From Camelus ferus (Eukaryota): a DNA stretch of 64,000 bases. Under the pieces are notes generated by a model. The model made no database searches and had not been told where the DNA came from. It saw nothing but the letters and a program-made list of their open reading frames with translations. Below, one piece after another: positions 37,576 to 52,004 of the stretch (position 1 is its first letter; every line of letters begins with the position of its first letter). The position numbers and the translations under genes were made by a program. The stretch is from assembly GCF_009834535.1 (NCBI RefSeq), contig NC_045696.1, forward strand, positions 59,522,001-59,586,000. The letters are read 5' to 3'.

Positions 37576-40500
37576 CATATGTACACAGAGTAACAGGAAA
37601 AACTGAACTTATTAAATTCTCATTTTGATTTTTTTCCAAACGAAGTGTCTATTTTATTATTTTTTAAATTTCTAAATACAAAACTACACATTTTTGATAT
37701 AGAAGTGCAGATGAGCAAAAAGGAACAAAAATAATCCACCCAACTCGGTTGTCCAGCTGTCTTAACAGTTGCTAATACTTTGGTGTTTCTTCTTCCAGAT
37801 ATTTCTCTATTTATATGTGTATGTATGTTGGTCACCAGCTTTTCTCACTTAATGGTATAGTCATAGTAATAGATACACATGTACAGTGGTTTTGGGTTTT
37901 GCTTTGTTTTATGTTTTTGCTGGTGAAGTCTTTAATGTTAAGACTTCTTACTCTTTCCCAGATTCTGGTAATTTATAATTATAGACTATTAAAAGCAGGT
38001 GGAGTTAGAAATGGATAAGGAGATGGAGATTAAGTATTGAAAACAGAGGACTGGATTTCAGCCAGGCATTCGAATCTTTTCCCAAGAGAAAGCTTCAGAG
38101 AATGGCAATTTACAAGCACCCTCCCAAGCCGCTCACTTCTTGTTGTAGGTGCATGTATATTAGAGGGCTGTGAGGGCCTTCTGAGCCCCTAAAACTGGCT
38201 GAAGTAGGGTGCATAGATGGTGATGGATGTGGTGGTGGTGGTGGGTGGATGGGAGTGCTTCAAAAAAGTCCCTTTGTACCCTCTTTCCTCCCCTTCTTCC
38301 TTCTCTCCTTCCTCTTCTTTTTCCTTCATGTCTGTCCCATCTTCTCTTGGGACATCCCTTCCTGAAATAGGGGCTCTAGTCAGGGTCCAAGGTGCAGCAG
38401 TTGGCTCTGATCCAAGTGTGATTTTGGGTGGGCATTGCTTTCCAGGACCCCTAAGAGCTCCATGAGGCAAGCACTCGCTTGATGTGGCATTCATGGTGAT
38501 GGGAAGATCAACAATGTCTGGGTTGAAGGGTAAGGGGATTTTGAGGACTTGTGGGTGGAGGTGCCTCTGGGATAGGTGGTGAAAGTCAGCAACCAGCACC
38601 TAAGAGTGAAAGGGCTTCAGTGTATATACTATGAAAACCAAAAATCAGACATCCATCACCAACATGAACAGCCCACCAAGCAGTTATGTGTGTTTTTTCT
38701 CTGCCAATGAGCAACTGGAGGCATTTTTATGAACCAATTTTGTTTGGAATAAATTTTGAACAGGAGAAAAGCCCACTGCCAAGTTCTGACAGGAACAAAG
38801 CCTTACCTCTGAGTTACTCCACCTGGAAAGGCAGCCAAGTTTGGGGCACAGAGAGCTGAGCTCTTGTGGCCTCCTGTGGTGCCAGGTGACATCCAAGCCT
38901 CATCAAGAGAGGTGCCTTCATTGGTTTGGGGATACATAAGGCAAATGCCCAGCCAGCCCAGCACACTGCCCTCTGGGTCTCAGTAGAGACTAGTACAGCT
39001 GTCCTAGTACATTCTAGGAGCCGACAGCATTAAATATTGGCAACGTCAGCTGTAATTACATAGCTCCATGGTGTTTCACACTGTGGGCTATTTTGTACAA
39101 TATATCTGAGCTCCAGCAGTGCCAATTATGGACTGAAATAACTCTGGTGGACTTTAGTCCATCACATGCCTAGAATTTGAAAATAATTTTGAGAGAAGGG
39201 GGCAGTGAGTAAGGCTAGAAAGGGAGTGCCAAATCCATGTGATAGACATCTTTCAGTTTTCTTCTTCATGAGGCTTGGACTCTGCCTAATATTATGGACT
39301 TTTTAGTGTCTTGAGAGTTCACAAGATCAGTCTCATTTACTTAAAAAAATACAGATAAAGAAGAGAGGGTTATTTGGATGCAAAGCTTGGGTCTGACCCA
39401 CCTGCTGTAGCTGTCACACCAATTAAAGTTTTACGAATTTATAGTGTTAGAAAAGTTTGAGGTTTTAGATTTACCGCCACCCCCCACACACACACAAGGA
39501 ATTGCAGTCCACCATGGCTTCAGGTGGCCAGATGGTTTGGTACCAGATGACCTTGACATGGTAATTTCCTAGATTCTCTCCTTCCTTACCCTATGCCTCA
39601 CATGAAGACCATTTCAATAGTTAGAGCTATAGTCTCATCATCAACAAAATGAGAGTTATAAATTCTTCCTCCTTTTTTTCTTGTGAGAAGCAACAAGGTC
39701 CAGTGAGAAGGAAGGATAAGGGATTGGAACACCTGGGTAGGAGGCCCAGAGCTATTCCAGCTGTATGTGCAGATCACCTAACCTCACCAAACCTCCTTTC
39801 TACATCTACAAAACAAGAAACTGTTTATTCCATCATAGTTGAAGTAGGCATTAAATGAGATAATGTACTTAAAAGCACTTTAAGTCAAGAGCGCAGAGCA
39901 GATGTAAATTATCATCATTATTTTTGGAGGGATATAGTGACAGTGGATGAGATCATGTCTGGAACATGCTCAGAAAAGAGGAGCTAAAGATACAGAAAAG
40001 ACTGATGATATTGCCCCATACCGGGTGTTTCCCACGAGAGAGAATGTGCTGACCAGTCTTTGAGTTTAACTGAACTCTTCACACCACAAACTGCTGACAC
40101 TGTTTGAGGGCCAGATTCCCATGTGCAGCAGGATTAGCTGAGGAAACTTTCCACATTCTAAAGCTAAAGCTAGTGATTTAATGAGCCTCATTCTGATGTT
40201 TATATAAGTGTAGATCAGTGAGACTTTGGGGTCAAAAGTCAATTTTGGAAATGGAAATGGAAACAGCATGATGCTTTGTACAAACAGTGCTCTGACCACT
40301 TATCTTACACACCCTTCTACCCAGAGGGAACAGGAAACCCCTGCTGCCAGCAAACAGTGTTGCCCCAGTTCATGCCAAGCCCTTCCAGAGAGCCCTCGGG
40401 GTCTACGGTGACTTTGGGATCTACCTTTTTTGGGATTCTGTGAAGGTTTTCATGGCCTGCCAGACCCCGCCTCCTGGCCAGCTCACTCCTATTTATTGTG

Positions 40501-43447
40501 TTTCCATTCACATAACTCCATTGCTTAATTTCTCCTTTGTCGTGTTGAGGGTGGTTTTGTACTGAATTGCTTATGATTCTTGCCGAGGTTTTCGTGGCTG
40601 TGAGGATTCTGGGTAGAGTCTGTGGTCATGGAAGACACTTCTTGGCCTGCGAATATTAGGAACATTCAAGAACTCCAAATAGCGAGGTGAATGATGGGAT
40701 GTGAGCCTGAACCTCATGACCTTTCCCTGCCTCATGGTCCAATCTCGAGCTGTTCGTTTTCTGCCCTTTCCCTTGGAGGCCGTATGCAGGGAGACTTTGA
40801 TCTCCCATAGCATCTCTGCTCCAAGGAAATGCTCCAATGGGTGAGTCAATCTTCTAAGGAAAGGAAATACAAAGAACATGTTGTTCCCTCGTTGAAAGAG
40901 GGGTCCTGAGGTCTCAGAGGGCCCTGGGTCTTGGTCGACAGTCTGTGGTGAACAGTTCTTGGTGGATATATGGTGTCCCCTCTGTCTTAGACCAAATCTC
41001 TGAATGTGGCCCTGTTTGAGGAAAGTGTGCAGGTGGCCCCATTCTTCATTGAGCTCTCCTTTCTGTGTCTCTCCTGTCTCCCTCACACCTCTTACTGCCA
41101 CTTCCATACTGTCTGGGGCTTGGCCCACAGTGCAGGGCTAGAGCTGGGCTCTCTGCTCCTGAACTGTGCTTCTCTGAGGGCAGGTGGGCTGTTCTTCCTG
41201 AAGAGCCAATAACCACTTCTGCTCTACACCCTCAGTAAGCTTTCCATCTCCATTCCTGACTTGAAGGAGGAAACCCCAGGACCATCCCTCTCTCAGTTCC
41301 TCACCAAGATGCCTCACATCTTCCTGACTTGCCAATCTGGACCCTTGCCCAAGCCGCTCTTTTGCCTGACAGATTCCTCCTCTTTGTCTTCACATTTTAG
41401 ACTTTGTAAAGTTGACTCAAAAATGTCCCTCCTTCTGAGAACTTCTCCAGGCCTATACATCTTAACTTGATCATTCATTACCTACTGTGCCCTCAGCATC
41501 ATGTCATCACTTTGTATTACTGTTACACATCATTTTTTTCTCGTCCTTGGAGAATGAACTGTTCTACATCATTTAATTTCACAGAGAACCAAGACTGAAC
41601 TCTAAGCTCTTCATGCTGAAACTTTTCAGATTTCATTTTTATTTATGTAAACTTTCTCAAATACAGTTTAAACTTTCCATGCCTTGTATACAGATCATTC
41701 TGAACATAATTCACCCTTTTTTGGATGCTCAGGGTACATGGCAATGCTCAGTAATTCCAGTCTGGAGTAGAGACACCTCCAGGGCCACTGCAGAGGCCAA
41801 GGTTTTCCTTTTCCTTGGTTGAGGGTCCCTCCCAGTACTGCAGTACCCTTCCAGGGCTGGCTTGCATTCAGAGGGGTCTAATCAGGGAGTACAGCCCTGT
41901 GGCTAAAAGCTGTGTTTCTCTTGGATGATGATGATGATGAGCTTAATGGCACACCTGGGGAAGGTGAGCTGTTTGTGACCTAGGCCTTCTAAAGCCACTG
42001 ACACCCCAGTCGCGGAGCGCACCAGCAAGATTAGAAGAGGGAGGATGATTCTTCTAGATGTAGATGTCTCCTTTTATTCCTGTGATCTTTGCATCACTCC
42101 ATCTTTATTTTGCTCATTTTCATTTAAAGGGTCCTAAGCATTTCAATCCACATCAGCTTGTCAGTTTTATACACATAGGTACCCAAGGACTGGCCGCTAC
42201 CTGTCACTCTGTGCTGCTGTCAGCTCCATGCCATGGACATTAGGGTTTAGATTTTTATATGATGCTGATAAAGAAGGCTTTCAACCAAACCACATGGCCC
42301 CATTCCAGACACAGGCTCTTGGGGTGTTGTCTGAGAGTCTGCCTCATTTTGAAGTGTTTTCAAATTTGACATGTCTCTTATTTTTGACTGCTGAGGGAGA
42401 CAACTCAGGGTCCTGGGTAGTTGATGTTAGCATTGTGCCCAGAGGAAATAATTTCCAGGACTTCATAGGTGATTATTTTTAACTGGATCTTTTTTGCATA
42501 TATGTGTCATATCAAAATCATGTTTCTTCTAAGCTATAATGAGCAGAGTCATAAAGTCCAAACTGAGAAAGCTGAAATCTCTGACTGGGGCTGCAGGGAG
42601 ATTTTGCGTTTTTGTGTGATTGTATATTTCACAGTGGTTGGTCAGGCATTAGTGTCTTCAGGATCCCAGAACTAGGAAATGCATCCATCTCTAAGGTAAA
42701 TACATTTATAATGAAATTTATTTGTATTTCGAAGTGTACTCAACTGACAGAAGTATATTAGATCTTTATCTTTTCCTTTAAAATTTCTTTTAAATCATAT
42801 TTTTCAAATTCTGAAAGAGATTCCTGTTTGTTGTAATAACAAGTGAAACATTGCAAAGATATGTGTAAATAAAAATGCTAATTACTCCTCCACTCCCACT
42901 TCCCAATCCCTCCCTCCCAAGGCAATCACAGTTAGCTTGCCCATTTTCCTTCTTACACATACAAAAAAGAAGCAAACATATATAAATAGACAATTTTGTT
43001 TACTTTTTTGGAATCATTTCTAAAGAATGCCCTGCATATAATTTTTATACTTTGAGTGATTCTTCAACTTTTTCTGATTATAAAATTAATTCATGTTCAC
43101 CATAGAACATTTGGAAACAAGGAAATAGTGGAAAAGAAAAATCATCCCTAGTATAACTTAGAGATAATTATACATAAACTATTAATATTTATTGGAAATT
43201 TTCCATTCAGCACAGCAGAATGCAAAGAATGTTTTGCTTGGAGTCAAATAAATGTGAATTCCACGTCAGCATCCACTATTCACCAGCTTTGTGAGCTTGC
43301 TTGAGTTATTTTACCTTTCCAAGCCTCAGTTTACTTACCTGTAACATAATGTAATAGCATAATCTACCACATGTAATAGTGTTTTTAAGTGGATCCAACA
43401 CTGGCAGCCACCATTATCAGTAGCAGTTTTATTCCGATAGACAGATG

Positions 43448-43545
43448 GAAGGAAGGAAGGAAAGAAAGAAAGAGAAAGAAAGAGAGAAAGAAAGAAGGAA
43501 GGAAGAAAGGAAGGAAGGAAGGAAGGAAGGAAAGAAAGAAAGAAA
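43448..43545. repeat. (GGAA/GAAA)n compound purine microsatellite
   Basis: ~98 nt pure purine tract. Confidence 0.95.
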
Positions 43546-43982
43546 ACCATACTTCGATTTATCCTGACTTCCTCATTTAATTCTTGCATCGGGAACACTC
43601 CCTCAGATCCCTGCACAGTCTTCAGGACACACTGTAATGACCGCGTCATGTGGTTGGACCACAGTGTATGAACCGTTCCCCTATTATTGAACAACTTGGG
43701 TATGTCTAGTTTTCACTTTCATAAACCACAGTTCCTGTATTTTAATTACTAAGTGAAGTGTTAAGTGCATTACAGTCCTTAATTCTCCAAATTTTTCTGT
43801 TCTTCAGGAGCATTATTATTCATTCAAAGCCTGTAGGTAATTTAGGGCAAAAAACTAGACTTCTCTCACCTTAGGATTTCAGCCCAGGCTGTGAGCCCTG
43901 CCCTTAGATGAGTGGTTTCAACCTTAGATAGTGGCTGCAGTTATAGTTCCTTGGGGAGCTTTTAAAAAAAATATGCTGCCAG

Positions 43983-44112
43983 GGGAGAGGGTATAGCTCA
44001 GTGGTAAAGCACGTGCTTAGCATGGACGAGGTCCTAGGTTCAATCCCCAGTATCTTCATTTAAAAAATAAATGAGTAAACCTAATTACCCCTTTCCACTG
44101 CCCTGCAAAAAC
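43983..44112 (+). mobile_element. tRNA-derived SINE (camelid Vic-1-like) inserted in MER5A
   Basis: Pol III A box tagctcagtgg (43994-44004), B box ggttcaatcc (44037-44046), 'taaacctaattacccc' tail, TSD aaaaaatatgctgccag / aaaaaacatgcttccag. Confidence 0.85.
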
Positions 44113-44395
44113 AAAAAACATGCTTCCAGATACTCCCCTTTCCCGCCCTTGGCCCATTCTGATTTTAGTAATCTTGGGTAGGGCCTGAGCACTGCTTTTC
44201 TCCCCTAAGCTCCTTTATCTGCCCCTCAATCCTGTACTATGAGAACCATATGATTAGTGATTTCTTAAGGCTTTCTCCATTTGAAGGATTATCAGGAAAG
44301 CACTGTAAGCTGAGAGAGTTGCATGGTCTCCTTCACTGGGGCTTATGGTCTCAAATAGTGTTTGTCAACTGGAAGCCAGTACACAGAACCGCCCC

Positions 44396-44839
44396 TGTAT
44401 TGGTTTCCTGGGGCTGCAGTAGCAAAGTGCCACAAGCTGAGTGGCTTAAAACAACAGAAGTGTGTTGTCTTACATTTCTGGAGACTAGACGTCTGAGATC
44501 CAGTATTGGTAGGGTTAGTTCCTCCTGTGAGAGAGAATCTGTTTGCAGCCTCTCTCTCTGGGCTTCTGGGGTTTGCTGGCAGTCTTTGGTGCTCTTTTGT
44601 CTCACTCCAGTCTTGACCTTCACGTCACATGGCACTCTCTGTGTGTCTGTATCTTCATGTGGCATCTTTTTATATGGCCACAAGTCATGCTGAATTATAG
44701 ACCACCCAATTCCAGTATGACCTGATCTTAATTAAGTACACCTACATTGACACTATTTCCATAAAACATCACATTCTCAGGTTCTGGGGGCTAAGACTTC
44801 AGCATATCTTTTTGGAGGGACAGAACTCAACCCATAACA
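44396..44839 (-). mobile_element. MLT1 (MaLR) solo LTR
   Basis: TG...CA ends, perfect 5-bp TSD gcccc (44391-44395 / 44840-44844), typical MLT1 body. Confidence 0.9.
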
Positions 44840-47669
44840 GCCCCCCACGTATAGAATTGTCCAGCCCAGAATGGTAATAGTGCTTCTGTTAAGAAGCCCT
44901 TTTCCATAGGATCCCAGCGAGGTTAGCTAAGGTAAGAATGGGGCCAGTAGGAGGGGTCCAGGGTCTGCGAAGGTGGAAAGTGAGCAGGAACAACATCTGT
45001 AAAGAGGGTCCAAGGCTGTGAGCTCCTGCAGATCCATGTCGATGTGGACAGGCAGCCCTGGACACTCAGGGCTGTATGTGACCACAAGAGGGGAAAGGAC
45101 TCAGGAGCACTGTGCTAACTGGGGTGGAGGCAGAAGTGTGGACCAGCCCCTCTGCTCATTCACCCCATCACCCAGCCCCACTTCCCTGGATCAGGCGCAC
45201 CTTTCTTGATCTGTCCTTTTCTGGATGGAACAGAAAAGAAAATTAAATCCACAAGCCTCAATATTTTCAACAGTGTTTTCAAGCCAACTGTCTTGTCTCT
45301 CTAAAGTCCTGTCTTTTCCCTCTCACACCCACTGCCTCCCACTGACAGCCAAACATAGAATATGGAAAACAGGAAAAGGAGCAACATTGCAGTTACTCTT
45401 TTGAGAGGACATCACTTTGGGTATATTCCCCCCACCCCACAACGGCTCTTGAATTGCCATCCCTGCAGCAGGTGGCCCTAATCGCCTTTGTTCCAGGAGA
45501 CGCTGTCTCACCAACTGCTGTTTCTTTGGCTTTTAGAATTCCACGTGAGAATGAACTTCTACAGGGCCAGGCGACTGGGCAAATCCACATATCCACATCT
45601 GAAGGCTTAGGTCTGCCTTCTTCACTCCTAAAATACTTTTGTCCGCATTCTTCTGTCGTGGTTACATGTTCCCCATCATTATTTTTCCAGTGTGGGCTGA
45701 GTGAGGAGATGGAGGAAGGGGGAAGGGTGGCAGGGTAGAGACCGTGTTATCAAGTTCTGAGCATGGCGGGTTGCTTCCCAGCAGCGATGTGGACGCCAGC
45801 TGGCTGCATCTGGGACTTGCTCAGTGGGAAGAGGATTAAATGCTTCCCTCTGCAGGTCTTCAGAGCTTTGTGTTTGCATGGCAGTCTCCTGGTTTTGATC
45901 TCCTAATTGCTCAGCTCCCTAGGATCCTCCTCTCAGCCCCAGCTTGTAGGTCTGGGCCAACCTCTGGCTTCTAGGCCTCTTCCTATCTACACTGTCTTCT
46001 TTTTGTCCAGTTTAAGCATTAGGCCTGGCTTACACACAGCCCAGTCTCTGCCTTCAACTGCTCTCCATGCCCTGGAAGCATCAACAGGGGAGGGTCAAGG
46101 AGAAAGTTCTTCTTTGCTTTGTGTCTCAGTCCCTTAGGGGTGGCCACATTTTCTGGAGCCTGGCTGGTCCTTTCTTACAAGCTGGACCTGGTATTTTCTG
46201 TCAAATCATATTTTGTCATCGGTATTGGCAACCTCTAGGATTGACAGTACACTTTTGTCCAAAAGAAGGTGTTGCATTTTATCATTATATTAAGTAGATA
46301 ATATGCCAATAGTTAATTCTCATTATGTCTTTTGCTATCTTGCCTGAGAGTGCCTAGATATTCGGCTTCCAGCTTGCAGCTGAGGGGAAATACATCAAAG
46401 TTCCTTTGAGCATAACATGGAAATGAAGAGGGTTAGTGAAGATTAGAAGGAAAGAAAAGGAGTCAGTAAAGGAGAACACCCCAGCAAAGGACACCTGCTT
46501 TTCTTCTCTCAGAACTCTTCACTTAGGTACATTCTTAAACACATAAAAGTTAGACTGTAGGAAACAGAACTTTACTTAAAAAGTGTGGAGTTCTGAAATT
46601 GCACCATTTATCATTAATAGGAAAAGGTGTTGAAGCATTTTAGATGCAGAGAGGAAAATACTTTCCAGCAAGTAATGATGTGTATGAGAATGGGATGGGG
46701 TGATGATTGTATATGTAAATGTGATAAAGCCAGTGTTTAGGTTCCCAGAGATCAGCTCAGCACCCAGACTGTTTGTATTGGGGGGCTATCGGCATCTGCT
46801 ACAGTTATTTTTTGTATCAGTCCCAATTAGTGGACTCCTGGCAGATTGGTACAATCTCTGATTTAACGAGTATCTGATTAGAACTAGTCATTAGTTACTC
46901 CTTGTTTGTACATACAACTTGCCCTATTAGAGGCAACTATTATTGTTTGTTCCCTTGCTCAGGACACCTAGGAAGATATATCCTTCCAGCAGATGTAATG
47001 TGGTGGGTTAACATGTCACTGATACCAACGAGTTTCTTCCTTTCCATCCTGCTGCTTCCCACAAAGACCACTTTGCCATTGTCAGAGTCCAGCACTTCCT
47101 TCCCTGCAAGAGCCAGCAGACGGTGGGGGAATGTGTGCTTGATTCTGCAGGGTGAAAACTGAAAAAGCATTTTCTTGTATCACCCGAGTTAAAAATTTTG
47201 GTTGATTGTACATGACATGCTAGATCAGTACTGTATTTAAACATGCTCTGTGCTCAAAGTAAATTTCTTTATTTTGTCATGGGACTCTAACTCCCATTTA
47301 CATGGAAAACACTAGGAGATAAGGTAAACATCTATTTCCAAGCCTTACTGCTGACAAGATGCTGGGCTGCAGAGTTTTTGGGTTGAGTACCTACTGAGAG
47401 CAGAGCACTGTACTGGCTAGGTACATTGGTAAAAAGTAGATATAAAAAAGATAAGTAAAGATAGGACTTCTTCCTTCTGGGAGAATTCAGTTCTCTCTGG
47501 AAGTCAATATGTACACATTGGAAGTGTGTTGCAAGCAAAAGGATAGCAGTTGCAAGTGAACAATTACAATGTCGTATTGAAAATCAGAGGCGTAAGAGTG
47601 AGTAAAGTAACAGAGAAGCAGAGAGATGGAGATTTTACACTGAGTCTTAGAGAGGTAAATGGTTCAATG

Positions 47670-47885
47670 AAAAGAGCCTTGAGATTACAGTTAGAAATAG
47701 AGGCTTTCCATTTTCTAGCTCTGTAACATTCCTCAAACAAGTTACTTAACCCCTCCTAAACTGTTTTCTCTTTTGTAAAATGAAATTAATAATGTCTATC
47801 TTATGACTGATCCCAAAGCTTAGAGGTAATATATATAAAGAGCCTAACACAGTGCCTAGCATACTGTACATACTTGGTAAACCGA
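47670..47885 (+). mobile_element. MIR SINE
   Basis: 'caagttacttaacccc...tgtaaaatgaaattaataatg...cacagtgcctagca'. Confidence 0.75.
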
Positions 47886-48879
47886 TACTGCCTTCTTTGA
47901 CCCTTGGATTATTTAGAAGTGTGTTATTTAATTTCTAACTCATTGAGGATTTTTCAGAAGTATTTTTGTTATTGATTTGTAATTTAATTGCATTATGATC
48001 AGAGAAAATATTTATGTTCCAAAATATTTTTATCTTGAAAAATGTTCTGTGAGCACTTGAAAAGAATGTGCCTTCTGCTGTTGTTGGGTGGAGTGTTCTA
48101 TAAATGTCAATTGGATTAAGTCAGTTGAGAGTGTTCAAATCTCCTATATCCTTAGTAATTTCTTGCCTACTTTTCTATTAATTATTGAGAGGAGGCATTA
48201 TAGCTCTGACTCTAATTGTGGATTTGTCTATTTTTCCTTGCAGGTTTATCAGTTTTTGCTTCACATATTTTGAAGTTTTGTTATTAGGTACATAAATGTT
48301 TAGGATTATCATAACCTCTTGATGAATTGACCCCTTTATCATTATGAAATCACCTTATTTTTCCCTGGTAATACTATTTGCTCTAAAATCTCCTATGTCT
48401 GATATTAATATAGCTACTTCAGCTACTGTTGATTAGCGTTATCATACTATGTTTTTTCTATTCTTTTACTTTTAACCTATTTGTGTCTTTACATTTGCAG
48501 TGCATTCTTTATAGACAGCATATATTTGGGACCTGCCTTTTTAACCAATCTGACAGTCTCTGCCTTTTGATTGTGGTATTTAGACAATTTACATTTAATG
48601 TGATTATTGATGTATTTAGGTTTAAGTCTATCATCTTCCTTTTTTTTTTTTCTGATGGTTTCACCTATTCTTAATTACTTTTTCCTTTTTTGGATTGATC
48701 ATTTTTTATGATTCTGTTTTATCTCCTTTGTTTAGTTATTAGTTATAACTATTTAGTTACTTTAATGGTTTCTTCAGGGTTTATAATATTTGTCTTTAAT
48801 TTATCAGTTTAATTCAAGTGATATTATCCACTTTACATACAGTACAAGAACTTTACAATTGTATATAATTGTCTCACTT

Positions 48880-49051
48880 CAGATTTGAACTTCTTGAGTC
48901 CTCTTATACACAGATATTTTTCAACAGTAAATACCACAGTACTACATGGTCTATGGTTGGTTGAATCTGTAGATGCAGAGGAACCTTAGGTATGGAGGGC
49001 TGAATATAAGTTATATGCAAATTAACTATCATGTTGTTCAAAGGTCAACTG
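48880..49051. mobile_element. Tigger2-family MITE fragment nested in L1
   Basis: Ends 'gttgttcaaaggtcaactg|ta' (TIR plus TA); internal 'ggttggttgaatctgtagatgcagaggaacc'. Confidence 0.65.
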
Positions 49052-49862
49052 TATTTCTGTTTTTTCCTTCCTGGCCTTTGTGCTGTTGTTGTCAAATGTT
49101 TTATTTATGTATCTGCTATAAACCCTACACTACATTGTTACCATTTTTGTTTAACCATTCAATCATCTTTTAAAGAGATTCAAATAATAAGAAAAGAAAT
49201 ATTATATATTTAACCATATAAGAGCACTTCAGTGTTCTTTATTCCTGTGTATGGATCTATATTTCCATCTGTTACCATTTTTCTGCTTCCTGAAGGACTT
49301 CTTTGAACATTTCTTGTCATGCAAATCTACTGGTGAAGAATTCTTTCAGCTTTTGTACACCTTAAAGTGTCTTTATTTCACCTTTGTTTTTGAAAAATAT
49401 TTGTGCTGGGCGTAGAATTCTGGGTTGACAGGTTGGTTTGTTTGTTTGTTTTGGCTGAGGTTTTTGTTTGTTTTTTACTTGAAAGATGTTGCTACACTGT
49501 TTTCTCAGTAGCCTTATTTCTGATGAAAAGTCTGCTGTGATCCTTACCTTATTCCTTTGTGTATAATGTATCTTTTTCCCTTGGTCACTTTTAAGAATTC
49601 CTTTTCTTTTTTTCCACTGAATTTGATTTTTATGTGCCTTGATGTAGTTTTCCTCATGTTTCTTGTGTTGAGGACTTGCTGAGTTTCTTGGATCTGTGGC
49701 TTTATAGTTTTCACTTAGTTTGGAACTGTTTGGTCATTATTTCTTCAAATGTTTTTCCACCTCCCTCCCTCTCTTGGAGATTTCAATTACATGTATATTA
49801 GGCTTTTTAAAGTTGTCCCACAGTTCACTGATCTTTTTTTAATTCCTTTTTTCTGAGCATTT

Positions 49863-49933
49863 AATTAATTAACTTAAATTATAGTTGATTTACAATATTG
49901 TATTAATTTCAGGTATATAGCATAGTGATTCAG
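49863..49933 (-). mobile_element. ~70-bp L1 3'-end stub with TSD, nested in older L1
   Basis: TSD ttctgagcattt (49851-49862) / ttctcagcattt (49934-49945); 'tagttgatttacaatattgtattaatttcagg'. Confidence 0.7.
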
Positions 49934-50780
49934 TTCTCAGCATTTTTTTTTTAGTAGTTTCTATTGCTGTGTTCTCAAGTTCAGTAATCTTCTGCAATAT
50001 CTAACCTGCTATTTACCATCTAGCATATTTTTCATCTCTAGAAGTGCAAGGTCTTTTTTTTAATGTCTTCTATTTCTCTACTTAACTCTTTGAATATATT
50101 AAATAGTTAGAATAACTTTTTAATTCCTTGTCTGTTAATTTTAACACTGTATCAGTCATGGGTCAGTTATGATTGATTTTTGTTCAGATTGTAGGTTATG
50201 CTTTTTTGCTTCTTTGTATGCCTGATAATTTTTCACTTAGACACAAGACATTCTGAATTCTACCTTGTCAGTTGCTGGATATTTCTGTATTCCTACAAAT
50301 ATTTTGTATTCCTACAAATATCTTTAAGCTCTGTTCTGGGTCACTGTTACTTGAAAAGTTTGGTTCTTTCAGGTCTTTTAAGATTTGTTAGGTGAGACCA
50401 GAGAAGTGCCCAGTCTAGGGCTAATTATTTACCTCTGTTGAGGCAAGACTCAAGTTGAGTATTCTACCCAATATCCTGTGAATCATGAGGTTTTCCAGTC
50501 TGACTGGTAGAAAAAGGCATTGTTCCTTGCTCTGTGTGAGTACTGCATGCTGTTACATCTAATACTTTCAAGAGTTTCTTTTCCCAGTCTTGGGTAGTTT
50601 TCCTCAAACACAGATGGATCCTTTGAAGTTCTGCCCCAGATTGGGTAAGAAAGGAAGATGAGAGAGATTTATTTGTCAACTGTAAAGTACTTTTCAAATG
50701 GCAGGACCTTGATTTGCCTGCCATTCACTAATGTCAAGATCCAGAGATCAGTTTGTGCCTCCCTAATGCCTATGCTTCTG

Positions 50781-50787
<7 letters not shown>

Positions 50788-50840
<53 letters not shown>

Positions 50841-50868
50841 CTCCCCCCCTCCCTCCCTCTCCCTCCTT
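50788..50868. repeat. (CT)n microsatellite with pyrimidine tail
   Basis: ~24 CT units followed by CCCT repeats. Confidence 0.95.
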
Positions 50869-51310
50869 AATGCTTCTGTCCTTTTGCTGCTTTCCTCTCA
50901 CTGCTTATTGGTTCCAACCATGACATCCTGGAAAAATAATCATCAGGAGGCGAGTTCTGTACTGGTCCTCTGGTAGTCATGTTCTCCCGTCCAAAGTGCC
51001 TCTTTTGAATTATAAAAGTGACTTTTGACCTCATCCTTCCTCATCCCCAGAGTGTAGTGCCAAGGGTGCTAACTTCATGTTGCCAAGGAAGTAAACTCTT
51101 GACACCAGAAGTGTTTTTATTCACTGTCTCTTCCACACTTTGCCTTTAAAAAGCCTGCCTCCTGTCCCTCTGCTTCAGACTGAAACCATAGCTGTATTGC
51201 TGAGATGCCAGTGTTATGGGACAAGTTGCCCTAGAGTGCTCTGTTTCTTCCCTGAAGAGAAGGCAGAAAGATAATGGGCCAAGGCTGCAGCCAGGAGAGT
51301 GGGAGGTATC

Positions 51311-51789
51311 CAGGGAGACCTCAGAGATATTGTGGATTTGGTTCCAGACCACTGTAATAAAGTAAATATTGCAAGAAAGCAAGTCACATGAATTTTTTAT
51401 TTCCCAGTGCATATAAGTTATGTTTATACTATACTGTAGTCTGTTGAGTGTGCCATAGTATTATGCCTAGAAAAGCAATGTACAAACCTTAATTTAAAAC
51501 ACTTTATTGCTAAAATATGCAAACAATCATCTGAGCCTTCAGCAAGTCATAGTAGTAGCATCAAAGATCACTGACCACAGATCACCATAACAAAGATAAT
51601 AATAATGAAAGAATTTAAAATATTGCAAGAATTACCAAAATTTGACACAGAGACACTTGAAATGAGCAAACGCTGTTGGAAAAACAGTATCAATAGACTT
51701 GCTCAAAGCAGGGTTGCCACAAACCTTCAATTTGTAACGAACACAATATCTGCAGAGAGCAGTAAAGTGAAGACGAGATTTTATGCTTG
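51311..51789 (+). mobile_element. Internally deleted Tigger1 derivative
   Basis: 'cagggagacctcagagatattgtggatttggttccagaccactgtaataaag' left end and 'tatgcttg' right TIR remnant. Confidence 0.85.
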
Positions 51790-52004
51790 TTGACATAAAG
51801 GCTGAATTAACCAGGGCATTTTACCTGGTTGACGCATCTCTGGCTCAGGGCTCTGGCTACCACCAGCCCTGCTCAAAAGCCCCAGGGGCCAAGGGCTTGA
51901 TGTCCCAGCGCTCATAACCTGTTTTGGGTTACATCAATTAGGAAATGTCAATAAGGCATCAAACCCAAGGTGGGCTCAACAGCCTCTTAGGTGTTCCACC
52001 CCAA

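Larger units (their letters stand above)
47895..50610 (-). mobile_element. Old L1M fragment (ORF1/ORF2-start region), antisense, with nested inserts
   Basis: T-rich L1 antisense motifs 'cttgaaaagaatgtg..ttctgctgttgttgggtggagtgttctataaatgtc' and 'gatgaattgacccctttatcattat'. Confidence 0.8.

Noticed and set aside
40571..41128. 185-aa antisense ORF
   Set aside because: Non-ATG start, no recognisable domain, no supporting gene structure.
43983..44055. tRNA gene
   Set aside because: A/B boxes are present, but it is followed by a SINE tail and flanked by a TSD, with no proper acceptor stem.
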